This document shows, in pieces, positions 54,281-64,000 of a DNA stretch of 64,000 nucleotides (within the stretch, counting starts at the first letter, position 1; every line of letters starts with the position of its first letter). Made by a program: the position numbers and the translations under genes. A model generated the notes under the pieces. The model made no database searches. It was not told where the DNA came from and saw only the letters and a list, made by a program, of their open reading frames with translations. This DNA comes from Stylophora pistillata (taxonomy: Eukaryota), in NCBI RefSeq assembly GCF_002571385.2, contig NW_019218193.1, forward strand, positions 145,540-209,539. The letters run 5' to 3'.

Positions 54281-56312
54281 ATGGATCCTTTCTTGAAAAA
54301 TCTCAAGAAACAAGTCACTTGTTCGATTTGCCTCGATACCTACACCGAGCCCAAAACTATATCATGTCTCCACACGTTTTGCTGTGAGTGTTTGGAGAGA
54401 CATGCAAGAGTGAGCCAGAGACAAGGAAAATATCGATGCCCCGAGTGCCAAGCAGAAATCGATTTGCCAGAAGGAAATCGCTTCGATCGTTTGCCCAACA
54501 GCTTTTTTCACAAAAGTCTCATAGGTGTCCTTGAAGCAGAAGATCGCGAAGCCATTCAGCCGCAGAGACCACAAGTTAGAGAAGACTTGCCTGCAACACG
54601 ATAAAGAAAGAGAAAGATACTACTGCTCCTTGTGTGAAGCGTGTATTTGTCCAATTTGCGTCGCCGAAGACCACCGAGGCCATGCGTTTGTCGTGCTCGA
54701 AAAAGCAGTGCAAGAGGATCAGATGAACATTACTTCGAATGTCGAGTTCATCAAGGAAAAGGCAAACTTGTTTCGAGGAGAGATTAGAACATTTGAGAAA
54801 GCACTTGAGAATGTGGAAATGATTATCGCAATCGCTAAACAAGAAGTGTCTGAGGCAGCGGAACTCGTGATCACAAAGGCGCGACAGCAAGAAAAACAAC
54901 TGTTAGAGTCCTTAGAAATAACGCGTAGGAAGAGAATCGAGCGAATCAACTCGGCTAAACAACAACTGGAATCTCTGGTGAAACAAATGAACCAAGCAGC
55001 TGAGGTTGCGGAAAATCTGGTGCAGATAAGCTCAGGCTTGGATATCATACAGAACAAGAAAACTTTGAGGCAAACATTTGAAGAGCTTCGTCGAGTTGAA
55101 GTTCCAAAACATCGCCAGACGACATTTGTCAAGTTCACTGCGGTATCGCAACAGAATTTTAAACTGGGTTCCCTCCAAGTCACTGGAAAACCGGCAAACG
55201 CAGCTAAATCAACTCTTAAAGGACTGGATCAAGCTTTTCAGGCTGGGGTATCAGCAGAGTTTATATTGTGCCCAAAGACATATGGAGGAGAGATAAGTGA
55301 CCAGGTTGATTAAGTCGAATTGCTGATAAAACCCGCTAAAGATGTAACAAACGTGATTGTTGAAAACAAAGATGACGGAAATGTTAGCCTGATGTTTACT
55401 TCCAAAGTACCTGGGGCCTACAGTATTGAAGTGAAGATTAATGGCGATAAACTACCTACCTGTCCTATGACCGTGCAAGTCAAAGAACGTGAACTTGTCG
55501 TGGTCGGTGAGTTGAAGTTAAAGTTCTTTCCTGGAGATAGGCTTAAAGGATTATATGGAATTGCTGTGAATACGAAAGGCGAGATAGCTTTAATAGATTA
55601 CTTTGGCCATTGTGTCTATATTTTTGATAAATATGGCAACTGTTTAAGAAAAGTTGGAAGCAAGGGTAGCGAGGCAGGACAATTTGATTACCCTAATGGC
55701 ATTTCGTTTTTAAATGACAACGAGGTCCTAATTGCAGATCGAGGCAATAATAGATTACAGAAATTGAATATTCAGACAGGAACTGTGGTGAAAAGTTTCG
55801 GGAAATGCGTTAAAAGAAAAGGAGAGTTGAATTCTCCAGCAGAGGTTACTGTGGACGATGAAGAGCGTATTGTTGTAACCGAGCGGGGCAATAATAGGAT
55901 ACAGGTGACGTCTAAGGATGGGGAATCTATTTTCACATTTGGAGAGAAGGCCCCAGGGAAACTCAATCGGCCAAACTGCTGCATTCCTTGCAAAGCCATG
56001 TTTCTCGTATCTAATGAAGGTAATCACTGCATAAAAACTTTTGATCAGTCAGGAACATTCTTATACGAGTTTGGCACACAAGGGAGTCAAGATGGACGAT
56101 TTGAAAGTCCGCATGGTCTGCTTGTAGACAGCTCCAATAATCTTCTTGTATGTGACTTTGGCAATCATCGAGTTCAGCAGTTTTCTTTGGATGGTCGCTT
56201 CACAGGCAAAAGTATTACTCGTTTACCAACACCTACTGCGATAACAACAGCACCAGATGGGCGTATTCTTGTGACCAGCTTTGACGAAAAAAAAGTGTAC
56301 ACTTTGAAATAG
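54281..56312 (+). pseudogene. TRIM-NHL copy 2, full length but with one frameshift and one premature stop
   Basis: RING nearly identical to the 60187 gene. Frameshift at ~54570-54590 before the B-box; in-frame TAA at 55311-55313; filamin C-half and NHL ORF 55320-56312 intact. Confidence 0.85.
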
Positions 56313-58975
56313 ACTTTTTTTCAAAAACGAAATTTGCCTCTTCAGCTGTTCCTTACAAGTCTGTTGTTTTAATGTTAATGTTGTTTTATCACTTGTCTGG
56401 AAGAAATCTTATCGAAAATATCCAGACTTAATACCTATTACTCTTAGAGACGAAAACATTTGACTTAAAGTAATTAGCTTTTCAAGTTCGTCAGTTTCAA
56501 GCCGTTTTAATCTTTTCCATCTCTCGCACTTGGCCATCCATGTTTCGTCTCGGTTTAGTAATATCCTTTAACATGTATTTTATTAGCATTACTATTTTTT
56601 AAATTTTTTTTTATAATCAAACTAAGTTTTTTTGTATTTTTCCTTTAAAATCAAGATAATTTTGCGTGTAGTTAGAAGCGATTTAGAAAATCTTGATAGG
56701 GCTCCCAAAAATTTTTAGTTTTATCGCAGAAAAACTTCCTACTGTATGTATTCAAAAAGTTGAGAATATGGAGCTCGAACACATTAACATCTCGTTGTCG
56801 TTTTTGGCAGGCACTGATGTGTCATGATAAATTGAGTACCACGTATCATTTTGAACGAATTCGAAAACAAAACTGGAATTCAACTTTGGTCGAATTACAA
56901 GTTTCAATAACATATTAACAACTGTAGCAGAAACCAACCAGAATTGGTGGTAAAGGTGACACTGAAGTATTTGTACTAATGGTTAGGGGAGGGGAAATCA
57001 GTCGCAAGAGCTGGATCTGAGGTGCTTTTTGCTTTTCTAACTCACTGTGAGTGTTAGCTTTAATCGGTATGTATTTGGCTTGTCACAATTAGGGAAGAGT
57101 AGTTTTCAGGGAAATATATTATTGTCACAATTAGGGAAGAATAGAAGAAATATATTATCGTCAAACACTTTTATCACGAGCCTCTGGCTCGGGGGATTGG
57201 GAGACCATCCTCTGTGTATTTTTTGACATAAAATAAATTGTCTTATCTTATCTTATCTTATCTTATCTTATATTGAGCAAGTAAGACTTATTAACTTGTT
57301 CTGCTTATACTGAATGTTATTGTTATATCATAATCATGGAGGTAACAATTTTTCAGTTTAAATAAAGATGTTAGAAAATTCTCTTGCAAAAAAGGTCGTT
57401 GAAAAACGTTGTAATCAATTCTATTAACCATTGACTTGTTTAATTGTTTTCCCTTTTAATTAAGCAATAAACCACACTTGGGGATGTTGGGAGAACACCA
57501 GAAAAATTTTTAATGTTAAAAGTAAAATCTTATAATGTTAGAGATAAAATTTTTGTCGTTCTTTTGGCGTTCAAAGAGTCCTCGTCGTGTTCTCCAGACC
57601 AAGGGCTCTTAAAAAATTAAAATCTAGGAATTCGCCTCGCGTGGCGCCATTTGACAGGACGGGAAGATATTTCAGTTTACTATGGGTATACAGGTAAATA
57701 AGCAATAGATTTTTGACCAATCAGAGCGCTCGTTGTAGCGTTGTAAGTTATGTCATAAATGGAAATAAGACCTCAGGAGTGACTTTGTACTCCGCTCAGG
57801 CGTGGGGTGAGGTGGGGTACGCCTTTGATAGAGTAACATCATTTCCGCCGTCGGAAAATTGAAAAAAGATATGAAGAGTTCCATTGGCTACTCTTTACCA
57901 GTGTGTATAGATAAGTACCAGGAACCAGGACAGACCTTTGGGAGGAGAAGGGGAGGTGAGGTTATAAGGGACCAACATCTTTCCCAGAGGGAGAGGGGTT
58001 TTGACTAAAATCTTACCCATTTCATGCTACAGAATCCTGGATAATATCTTTTAGTAATGAGTTACTAGGTTTGTACTTGACGATTTAACCTTCATGGACT
58101 AGACTTTATGATTTTCTTTTCAATCATTCATTGCAGCCAATTTATGTTCGTTTAAATTCTGTAGAAGATTTCCTGGTACACACCACTAATTATGCAGCGA
58201 ACTTACCACTGATCTCGTGAAAGAAGCGAGTTCACAGGGATGGTTTTCATATGTGAACCGCATGTGCCTTATTATCACAGCTCTTTCACCTATTAGGGAC
58301 CAATAAATCTTTTAGATTGTAATAAACTCAGCAACAATTCGTTAATGAATCATGCTTCGTTTGATCACGTGGCCATAACGGTTATTATAATTTTCGTTCT
58401 TTGCAGATTTTCATTCATAACAAAGCATAACTTCTGGAAATTGAAGTTTGATGAGAAAAGATCGCGGTCTTTTTCATTCCGAAGTAGTGTATGTTTCTTT
58501 TGACCAAGCGCAAGGTTAAGATGGTTGGATATTGGCAGAGTTCTTAATGAACAACACACCTGGGGAGGTTTCGTAAGATGCTGCTGTTTATGTAAAATGT
58601 GAAAATTAGTCGCAAATTTCACTGATCCCTGAAGCTGACTCAGAATCATGAGGGATGTGGTAAAAGCAACAAGGAAATGTAATATGAATTGAAGTTTTCA
58701 TTAGTGTCGTGTACGTGGACTCGAAAGACGATGGAGTAAAATAAATATGAAAATACTGGAGAGAATTGTGTCGTTGTAGGCTTCCTTTTGCTACTTGGAG
58801 ATCATGAGTTTCACGGGTTGCAAATGCAAATGTGCGACGTGATATTAACCAACTTCGGGAGAGAAAATACTACGATCTGACTCTACAACACTCACGCGAA
58901 TTTCTAACATGGTATGCCACAGACATCCCATTTAATAAACTGAGTAGATAAACATAAAGGTCTTTCAGAAATGTA

Positions 58976-59218
58976 ATAATTTGAATATATCAACAAAGTT
59001 GAAATGGTAAATTGGCCACCGTTACGGTTGAAGCTGACGTTTCGAGCGTTAGCCCTTCGTTGGGGCTAACGCTCACGAAGGGCTAACGCTGGAAACGTCA
59101 GCTTTTATAACCGTAACGGTGGCCAATTTACCATTTCAACTTTGTTGATATATTCAAGTTCTTTCGTTACCCCCACCGACGCAGCGCCAAACAGTTTCTT
59201 TAGAAACTATCAGCTTTT
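58976..59218. mobile_element. Fold-back Penelope terminus with 13-bp TSD
   Basis: ~70-bp inverted copies of the PLE terminal motif meet at ~59060-59075; TSD tttcagaaatgta at 58963-58975 and 59219-59231. Confidence 0.8.
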
Positions 59219-60095
59219 TTTCAGAAATGTATACGTACTGTTTCGTTCAGAAAAGTATATAATTAGATATGAGTCATAATTGATTGACAATTAATTTCCC
59301 TTTCATTAAGTTCATGATACACTTGGGATTAGTAACTTCCTAAGATCGTGCAACGTGTTAAAAAGTTCATTTTAGAAGGAATCGTTCCGTGCTAAATTGT
59401 TCTCTCGCTGACCGGCGTTTCATATGATTTTGCCAATCGGATGCCCAATTGGACTGCCACCCTGTGTTTACGAGTGATTAGGAATAATCCGCTGGATATC
59501 GTCATAGAATTAAGTGGTCGATGATTTGCGATTAATCACTGTAGTTCGCTTATGTTGCAGTTTGCCCTGTAGTTTGCCCTGTAGTTTGCCCAGTGGATTA
59601 ATAAGCCCCTTTTTCTCCCCGGATCACATACCTCGCAGGCCATAATTTCGGTCCATAATGAAAGTAAATATGAAGTGTCCATATCATATCTAAATATATC
59701 AGCGTAATTTTTTTGTTGTTGAGATGAACATCTGATGCATAAAACTTTCATTAGTAAGTTGATCAGTTGTCGACTTTTTTCTGAAACAAAGCCAGTTTCT
59801 TTAAATTGTTTGAAAGTACTGCCCATCCTTTTTAAATCTACAGGGTAAAAAAATTCTTCCTCGAATTGCACATCGATAAAATCTCTTTGGTGGAATTTTT
59901 CCTAGTCACACTTATTTAAATTTATGTCTAAAGTCGCTTTCATTCAAAGCACCTTTAGTTACGCCTTCGGATGATTGTCTAAAAATTGAGGTTTCAACTA
60001 AAGCAACAAAGTCCATTGTTCATTTCGGAAAAAGTTTATCTAAACCCTCGAATGAAATTAGCCGCGAAAAGTCACAGACTTTGTGCTATTTTATC

Positions 60096-60105
60096 GAAAC
60101 CGAAA
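60096..60105 (+). promoter_or_regulatory. ISRE/IRF-like motif upstream of the intact TRIM-NHL gene
   Basis: GAAACCGAAA ~80 bp upstream of the ATG; GAAACTGAAA at the homologous position of copy 1 (37094-37103). Confidence 0.4.
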
Positions 60106-60186
60106 TGATATCTTAGATATTGAAAGAGTGCTTTTAGTGGGCACGTCGCTTGAATAACGAATGTATCGCATTTATAGGCGATCGTC

Positions 60187-62217
60187 ATGGATCCTCTCTT
60201 GAAAAATCTCAAGAAACAAGTTACTTGCTCGATTTGTCTGGATACCTACACCGAACCCAAAACTATTTCATGTCTTCACACGTTTTGCTGTGAGTGTTTG
60301 GAGAGACATGCAAGAGTGAGCCAGAGACAAGGAAAATTTCGATGCCCCGAGTGTCAAGCTGAAATTGGTTTGCCAGAAGGAAATCGCTTTGACCGTCTGC
60401 CCAACAGCTTTTTTCACAAAAGTCTACTCGGTGTCCTTGAAGCAGAAGATCACGGAGCTGTGCCGAGGCCGCAACAGGAGACTTGCTCGCAACATAAGGA
60501 GGAACGATTACGGTATTTCTGCTTCTCGTGTGATATGTGTATTTGTCCAATTTGCGTGACTGAAGACCACCGAGGCCATGCGTTTGAAGTGCTTGAAAAA
60601 GCAATGCAAGAAGAGAAGAAAAACATCGTGTCCAACGTCGAGACTATCAAGGAAAAGGCAAACTTGTTTAGAGAAGAAATTAGAAAACTGGAAAAGACAT
60701 CTGAAGATGTCGAAATGATTATCACAATCGCTAAACGCGAAGTGTCAGAGGCAGCTGAACACGTGATCATAAAGACGCGACAGCAAGAAAAACAGCTGTT
60801 ACAGTCCCTAGAAATGACGCGTAGGAAGAGAATCGAGCGAATCAACTCGGCTAAACAAGAACTCGAATCTTTGGTGAAACGAATGATCCAAGCAGCTGAG
60901 TTTGCAGAAAAAATGGTGCAGAGAAACTCAACTGCGGATATTATTCGGAACAAAAATACTTTGAGACAGAAATTTGAAGAGCTTCGAGGAAGTGAAGTTC
61001 CAAAACATCGCCAGACTACATTTGTCAAGTTTGCCGCGGTATCGCTGCAAAACTTTAAACTGGGTTCTATTCAAGTCACTGAGAAACCGGTAAACGCATT
61101 TAAATCAACTCTGGAACGACTGGATCAAACTTTCCATGCTGGTGTACAAGCAGAGTTCATGTTATGCCCAAGGACATCTGGAGGAGAGATGAGTGACCAG
61201 GATGATCTTAAAGATCAAGTCGCATTGTTGATAAAACCCGCCAAAGATGTAATAAGCGTGATTGTCGAAGACAAAGATGACGGAAATGTTAGGTTGATGT
61301 TTACTCCCAAAGTACCTGGGGCTTACAGCATTCAAGTGAAGATTAATGGCGATAAATTACCTACCTGTCCCATGACTGTGCTGGTAAAAGAACGTGAACT
61401 TGTTGTGGCCGGTGAGTTGAAGTTAAAGTTCTTTCCAGGAGACACGCTTACAGGATTAAATGGTATTGCTGTGAACACGAAAGGCGAGATAGCTGTGACA
61501 GATAACAAGGGCCACTGCGTTTATGTCTTTGACAAAGACGGCAACTGTTCGAGAAAAATTGGAAGTATGGGGAGCAGCGCAGGAAAATTTCAGTACCCTG
61601 AAGGTGTTTCCTTCTTAAATGACAATGAGGTCCTAATTGCAGATAGCTGCAATAATAGAATACAACGACTCAATATTCAGACAGGAACAGTGGTGAAAAT
61701 TTTTGGGAAATACGGTCAAGGAAAAGGAGAGTTCGGCTTTCCAATCGACGTGAATGTGGATGAGGAAGAGCGCGTTGTTGTATCTGAGTGGGAAAATAAT
61801 AGGATACAGGTGATGTCAAAGGAGGGAGAACCTATTTTCACATTTGGAGACTGGGGCCCAGAGAAACTCTGCAAGATAAGGAGCTGCATTAGTTTTAAAA
61901 ACATGTTTCTCGTATCTGATGGAGGCAATTACTGCATAAAAGCTTTTGATAAGTCAGGAACATTCTTATACAAGTTTGGAAAACAAGGGAATCAAGATGG
62001 ACAATTCAATTGGCCTGGTTGTCTGCTTGTAGACAGCTCTGATAATATTCTTGTATGTGACTATCACAATAACCGAGTTCAGCAGATTTCATTGGACGGT
62101 CGTTTCATAGGGAAAAGCATCACTCGGTTACCAGAACCTGCTGCAATAACAACAGCACCAGATGGGCGCGTCCTTGTGACTAGTGAGGATGAGAAAAAAG
62201 TGTACATTTTGAAGTAG
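60187..62217 (+). CDS. TRIM-NHL E3 ligase (TRIM2/TRIM3-like): RING, B-box, coiled coil, filamin, NHL repeats; intronless, 676 aa
   Basis: C3HC4 RING; B-box CSQHKEERLRYFCFSCDMCICPICVTEDHRGH; filamin DKDDGNVRLMFTPKVPGAYSIQVKING; six NHL repeats (G.F..P..V...D..NNRIQ). Confidence 0.95.
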   Translation: MDPLLKNLKKQVTCSICLDTYTEPKTISCLHTFCCECLERHARVSQRQGKFRCPECQAEIGLPEGNRFDRLPNSFFHKSLLGVLEAEDHGAVPRPQQETCSQHKEERLRYFCFSCDMCICPICVTEDHRGHAFEVLEKAMQEEKKNIVSNVETIKEKANLFREEIRKLEKTSEDVEMIITIAKREVSEAAEHVIIKTRQQEKQLLQSLEMTRRKRIERINSAKQELESLVKRMIQAAEFAEKMVQRNSTADIIRNKNTLRQKFEELRGSEVPKHRQTTFVKFAAVSLQNFKLGSIQVTEKPVNAFKSTLERLDQTFHAGVQAEFMLCPRTSGGEMSDQDDLKDQVALLIKPAKDVISVIVEDKDDGNVRLMFTPKVPGAYSIQVKINGDKLPTCPMTVLVKERELVVAGELKLKFFPGDTLTGLNGIAVNTKGEIAVTDNKGHCVYVFDKDGNCSRKIGSMGSSAGKFQYPEGVSFLNDNEVLIADSCNNRIQRLNIQTGTVVKIFGKYGQGKGEFGFPIDVNVDEEERVVVSEWENNRIQVMSKEGEPIFTFGDWGPEKLCKIRSCISFKNMFLVSDGGNYCIKAFDKSGTFLYKFGKQGNQDGQFNWPGCLLVDSSDNILVCDYHNNRVQQISLDGRFIGKSITRLPEPAAITTAPDGRVLVTSEDEKKVYILK

Positions 62218-62959
62218 ACGTTTTAAACGTAAATGTTACCTCTAGCATCACTCATTACCTGAATTTATGTGATTTTAGGATAAACGTAATAAGAGAATTA
62301 AGACTAGATGATTTATTCTGTTTTTGGTTTGTTTGTCTGTTTTTTTCTTTTTGGTTTTTGTTTTTGTTTTTGTTTTTTTTTTCATGGAGTCTGTAGTTAG
62401 TAACCTTTACAAATATCTTGCCCATGAAGTCTGTCAGGAGAGGTATGGATCTAGAGCCAGTTGCCTCTCAGGTCATTTGGTTGTATCGAGGTCTTGTATT
62501 ATATGTTTCATCTTCTATTGCATCTGTTGGCCCTCAACGGTTCAGTTGAAAGGAGCCGGCTGTGATGGATACCAAAATAGTTACTCTTAAAAACGATTGA
62601 TATCATTTTATAAGCTTGGAGGGCTCTAGTTTCTCATGAATGACGTCCTTGTTTCAGTCTTCCGGTGTCATCATTTTAAATGTGCTCGCGAACTGCTTTC
62701 GGTTGGTTTTTTGTTCTGTGTTTGTCTTTCTTTGCTTTTCTCCTCTTTTCCTTTTTCAAGTTTTCTTGAAGAATTGTGGTGGATAATATCAAAAAATCTG
62801 TAGAGAGAGATTTGATAATTTTTTTTTAAAGAACTAACGTTTTGAGAGGGAGACAGATAACCCAAGTCTTTCAAATTCTCCTTAATCCAGTTTCAATTAT
62901 TTTCATCCTCTGCCATCCCTATAGTTTTCTTACAAGGTTTATTTTTATTACAATTATAT

Positions 62960-63656
62960 GTGACAGGAAAAACCTATGAAGAAGTCGAATCTACTCTAGT
63001 GACTCAGGGTCAACAAGCACTGTTATGGTATAGGGACAACTTCCTCTTGGCAAATCCAGATAAGTTTCAGTCTCTTACGATTAACCCAAGAAACATAGAT
63101 GCAGATAAGAAGGGCAGCGTTCTCACCATCGCCAATGACGTGATCAGGAAAACTGAAGAAATCAAGCTATTAGGAGTAAATATAGACAAGAACCTTAACT
63201 TTACACAACACATTAGCGAAATATGCACTAAAGCCAGCCAGAAAGTAGGAGTCCTCATGCGCTTGCGTAACCTAATACCATGCCAAGCTAAGCTCATACT
63301 GTATAAAACAGCTATAATGCCACATTTAACATACTGTCATTTAGTCTGGAACTTTTGTAAATCTTCAGATGGGCGCAAAATCGAACGCATCCAAGAGCGA
63401 GCCCTGCGTGCGGTCTTCAAAACAACAACAGAGACATATGAGGAACTTCTTAAGCGTGCTAAGTTACCTACGCTTCATAATAGACGCTTACAGGACATAG
63501 CAACACTAATGTATAAAGTAAAGAACGATCTAGTACCCAGCTACATATCTGAGATATTTACTCGAAAGGGTACTCGTTATAACCTTAGGAATAGTGACTT
63601 TGAAATACCACGATTTAACACTATACGCTATGGTAAACACACACTAAGGTATCAAG
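62960..63656 (+). mobile_element. LINE RT C-terminal fragment (CR1/L2-like)
   Basis: WYRDNFLLANPDKFQ, IKLLGVNIDKNLNF..HI, YKTAIMPHLTYCHLVW, IERIQERALR, RYNLR. Confidence 0.85.
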
Positions 63657-64000
63657 GTTGTGAGTATCTTGATCTGTTAGCAGCGTCCTTACCACAGTTA
63701 AGTGACCAATCCATCTCCCCCGCCTTTTGAAAAAAGAAGAAAATGGATTATGAGGAGATGCAAAGCTCCCTCCGCAAAGCAATTATCGTGCATCCCTTCC
63801 AAGGATACCAATGAAGACTAAGCATTAGTTTTTTTTTTTTTAATTATCTGCATGGTACAAGTATTTTTATGTTATCTGAACACTGTTGATATTTCTAAAT
63901 ATTTTAAAATTTTAATGCATAGTTTATCGGCTGTATTGTTACTTATTATGATACTGTACATAGTTTTTTTTTTTTATTAATTTAGTAAAAGTAGGTGTCC

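Noticed and set aside
37350-61028. Antisense ORFs over the TRIM genes (37350, 54719, 60450)
   Set aside because: Shadow frames of coiled-coil coding sequence, repeated only because the sense genes are paralogous.

Overview
Eukaryotic, intron-rich, AT-rich scaffold with three N gaps (11907-12396, 16508-17242, 24447-24656). Gene and repeat content suggests a cnidarian, most likely a scleractinian coral (inference). Left half (1-36 kb): the 5' exons of TMEM41A (-), head-to-head with an intronless BTB-BACK gene whose C-terminus looks like a jacalin lectin rather than Kelch repeats (+). Next is a multi-exon DLK/LZK kinase, MAP3K12/13 (+). Convergent with it is a large minus-strand gene that the ORF track fragments; I reconstructed it by hand as about 22 phase-compatible GT-AG exons (~1656 aa). 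It encodes signal peptide, 3 MANSC-like Cys repeats, SEA, HormR, a GAIN domain split by a ~480-aa low-complexity insert with furin sites, and GPS. These are followed by only ONE transmembrane helix and a cytoplasmic tail, i.e. an adhesion-GPCR ectodomain with no 7TM. Right half (37-64 kb): three intronless TRIM-NHL paralogues (two disrupted, one intact; ISRE-like motifs upstream). The first two are separated by ~15 kb of nested transposon debris: BEL/Pao, CR1-like LINEs, Penelope fragments with hammerhead ribozymes, a long-TIR DNA transposon and SINEs. All domain calls come from motif recognition by eye; no searches were run.
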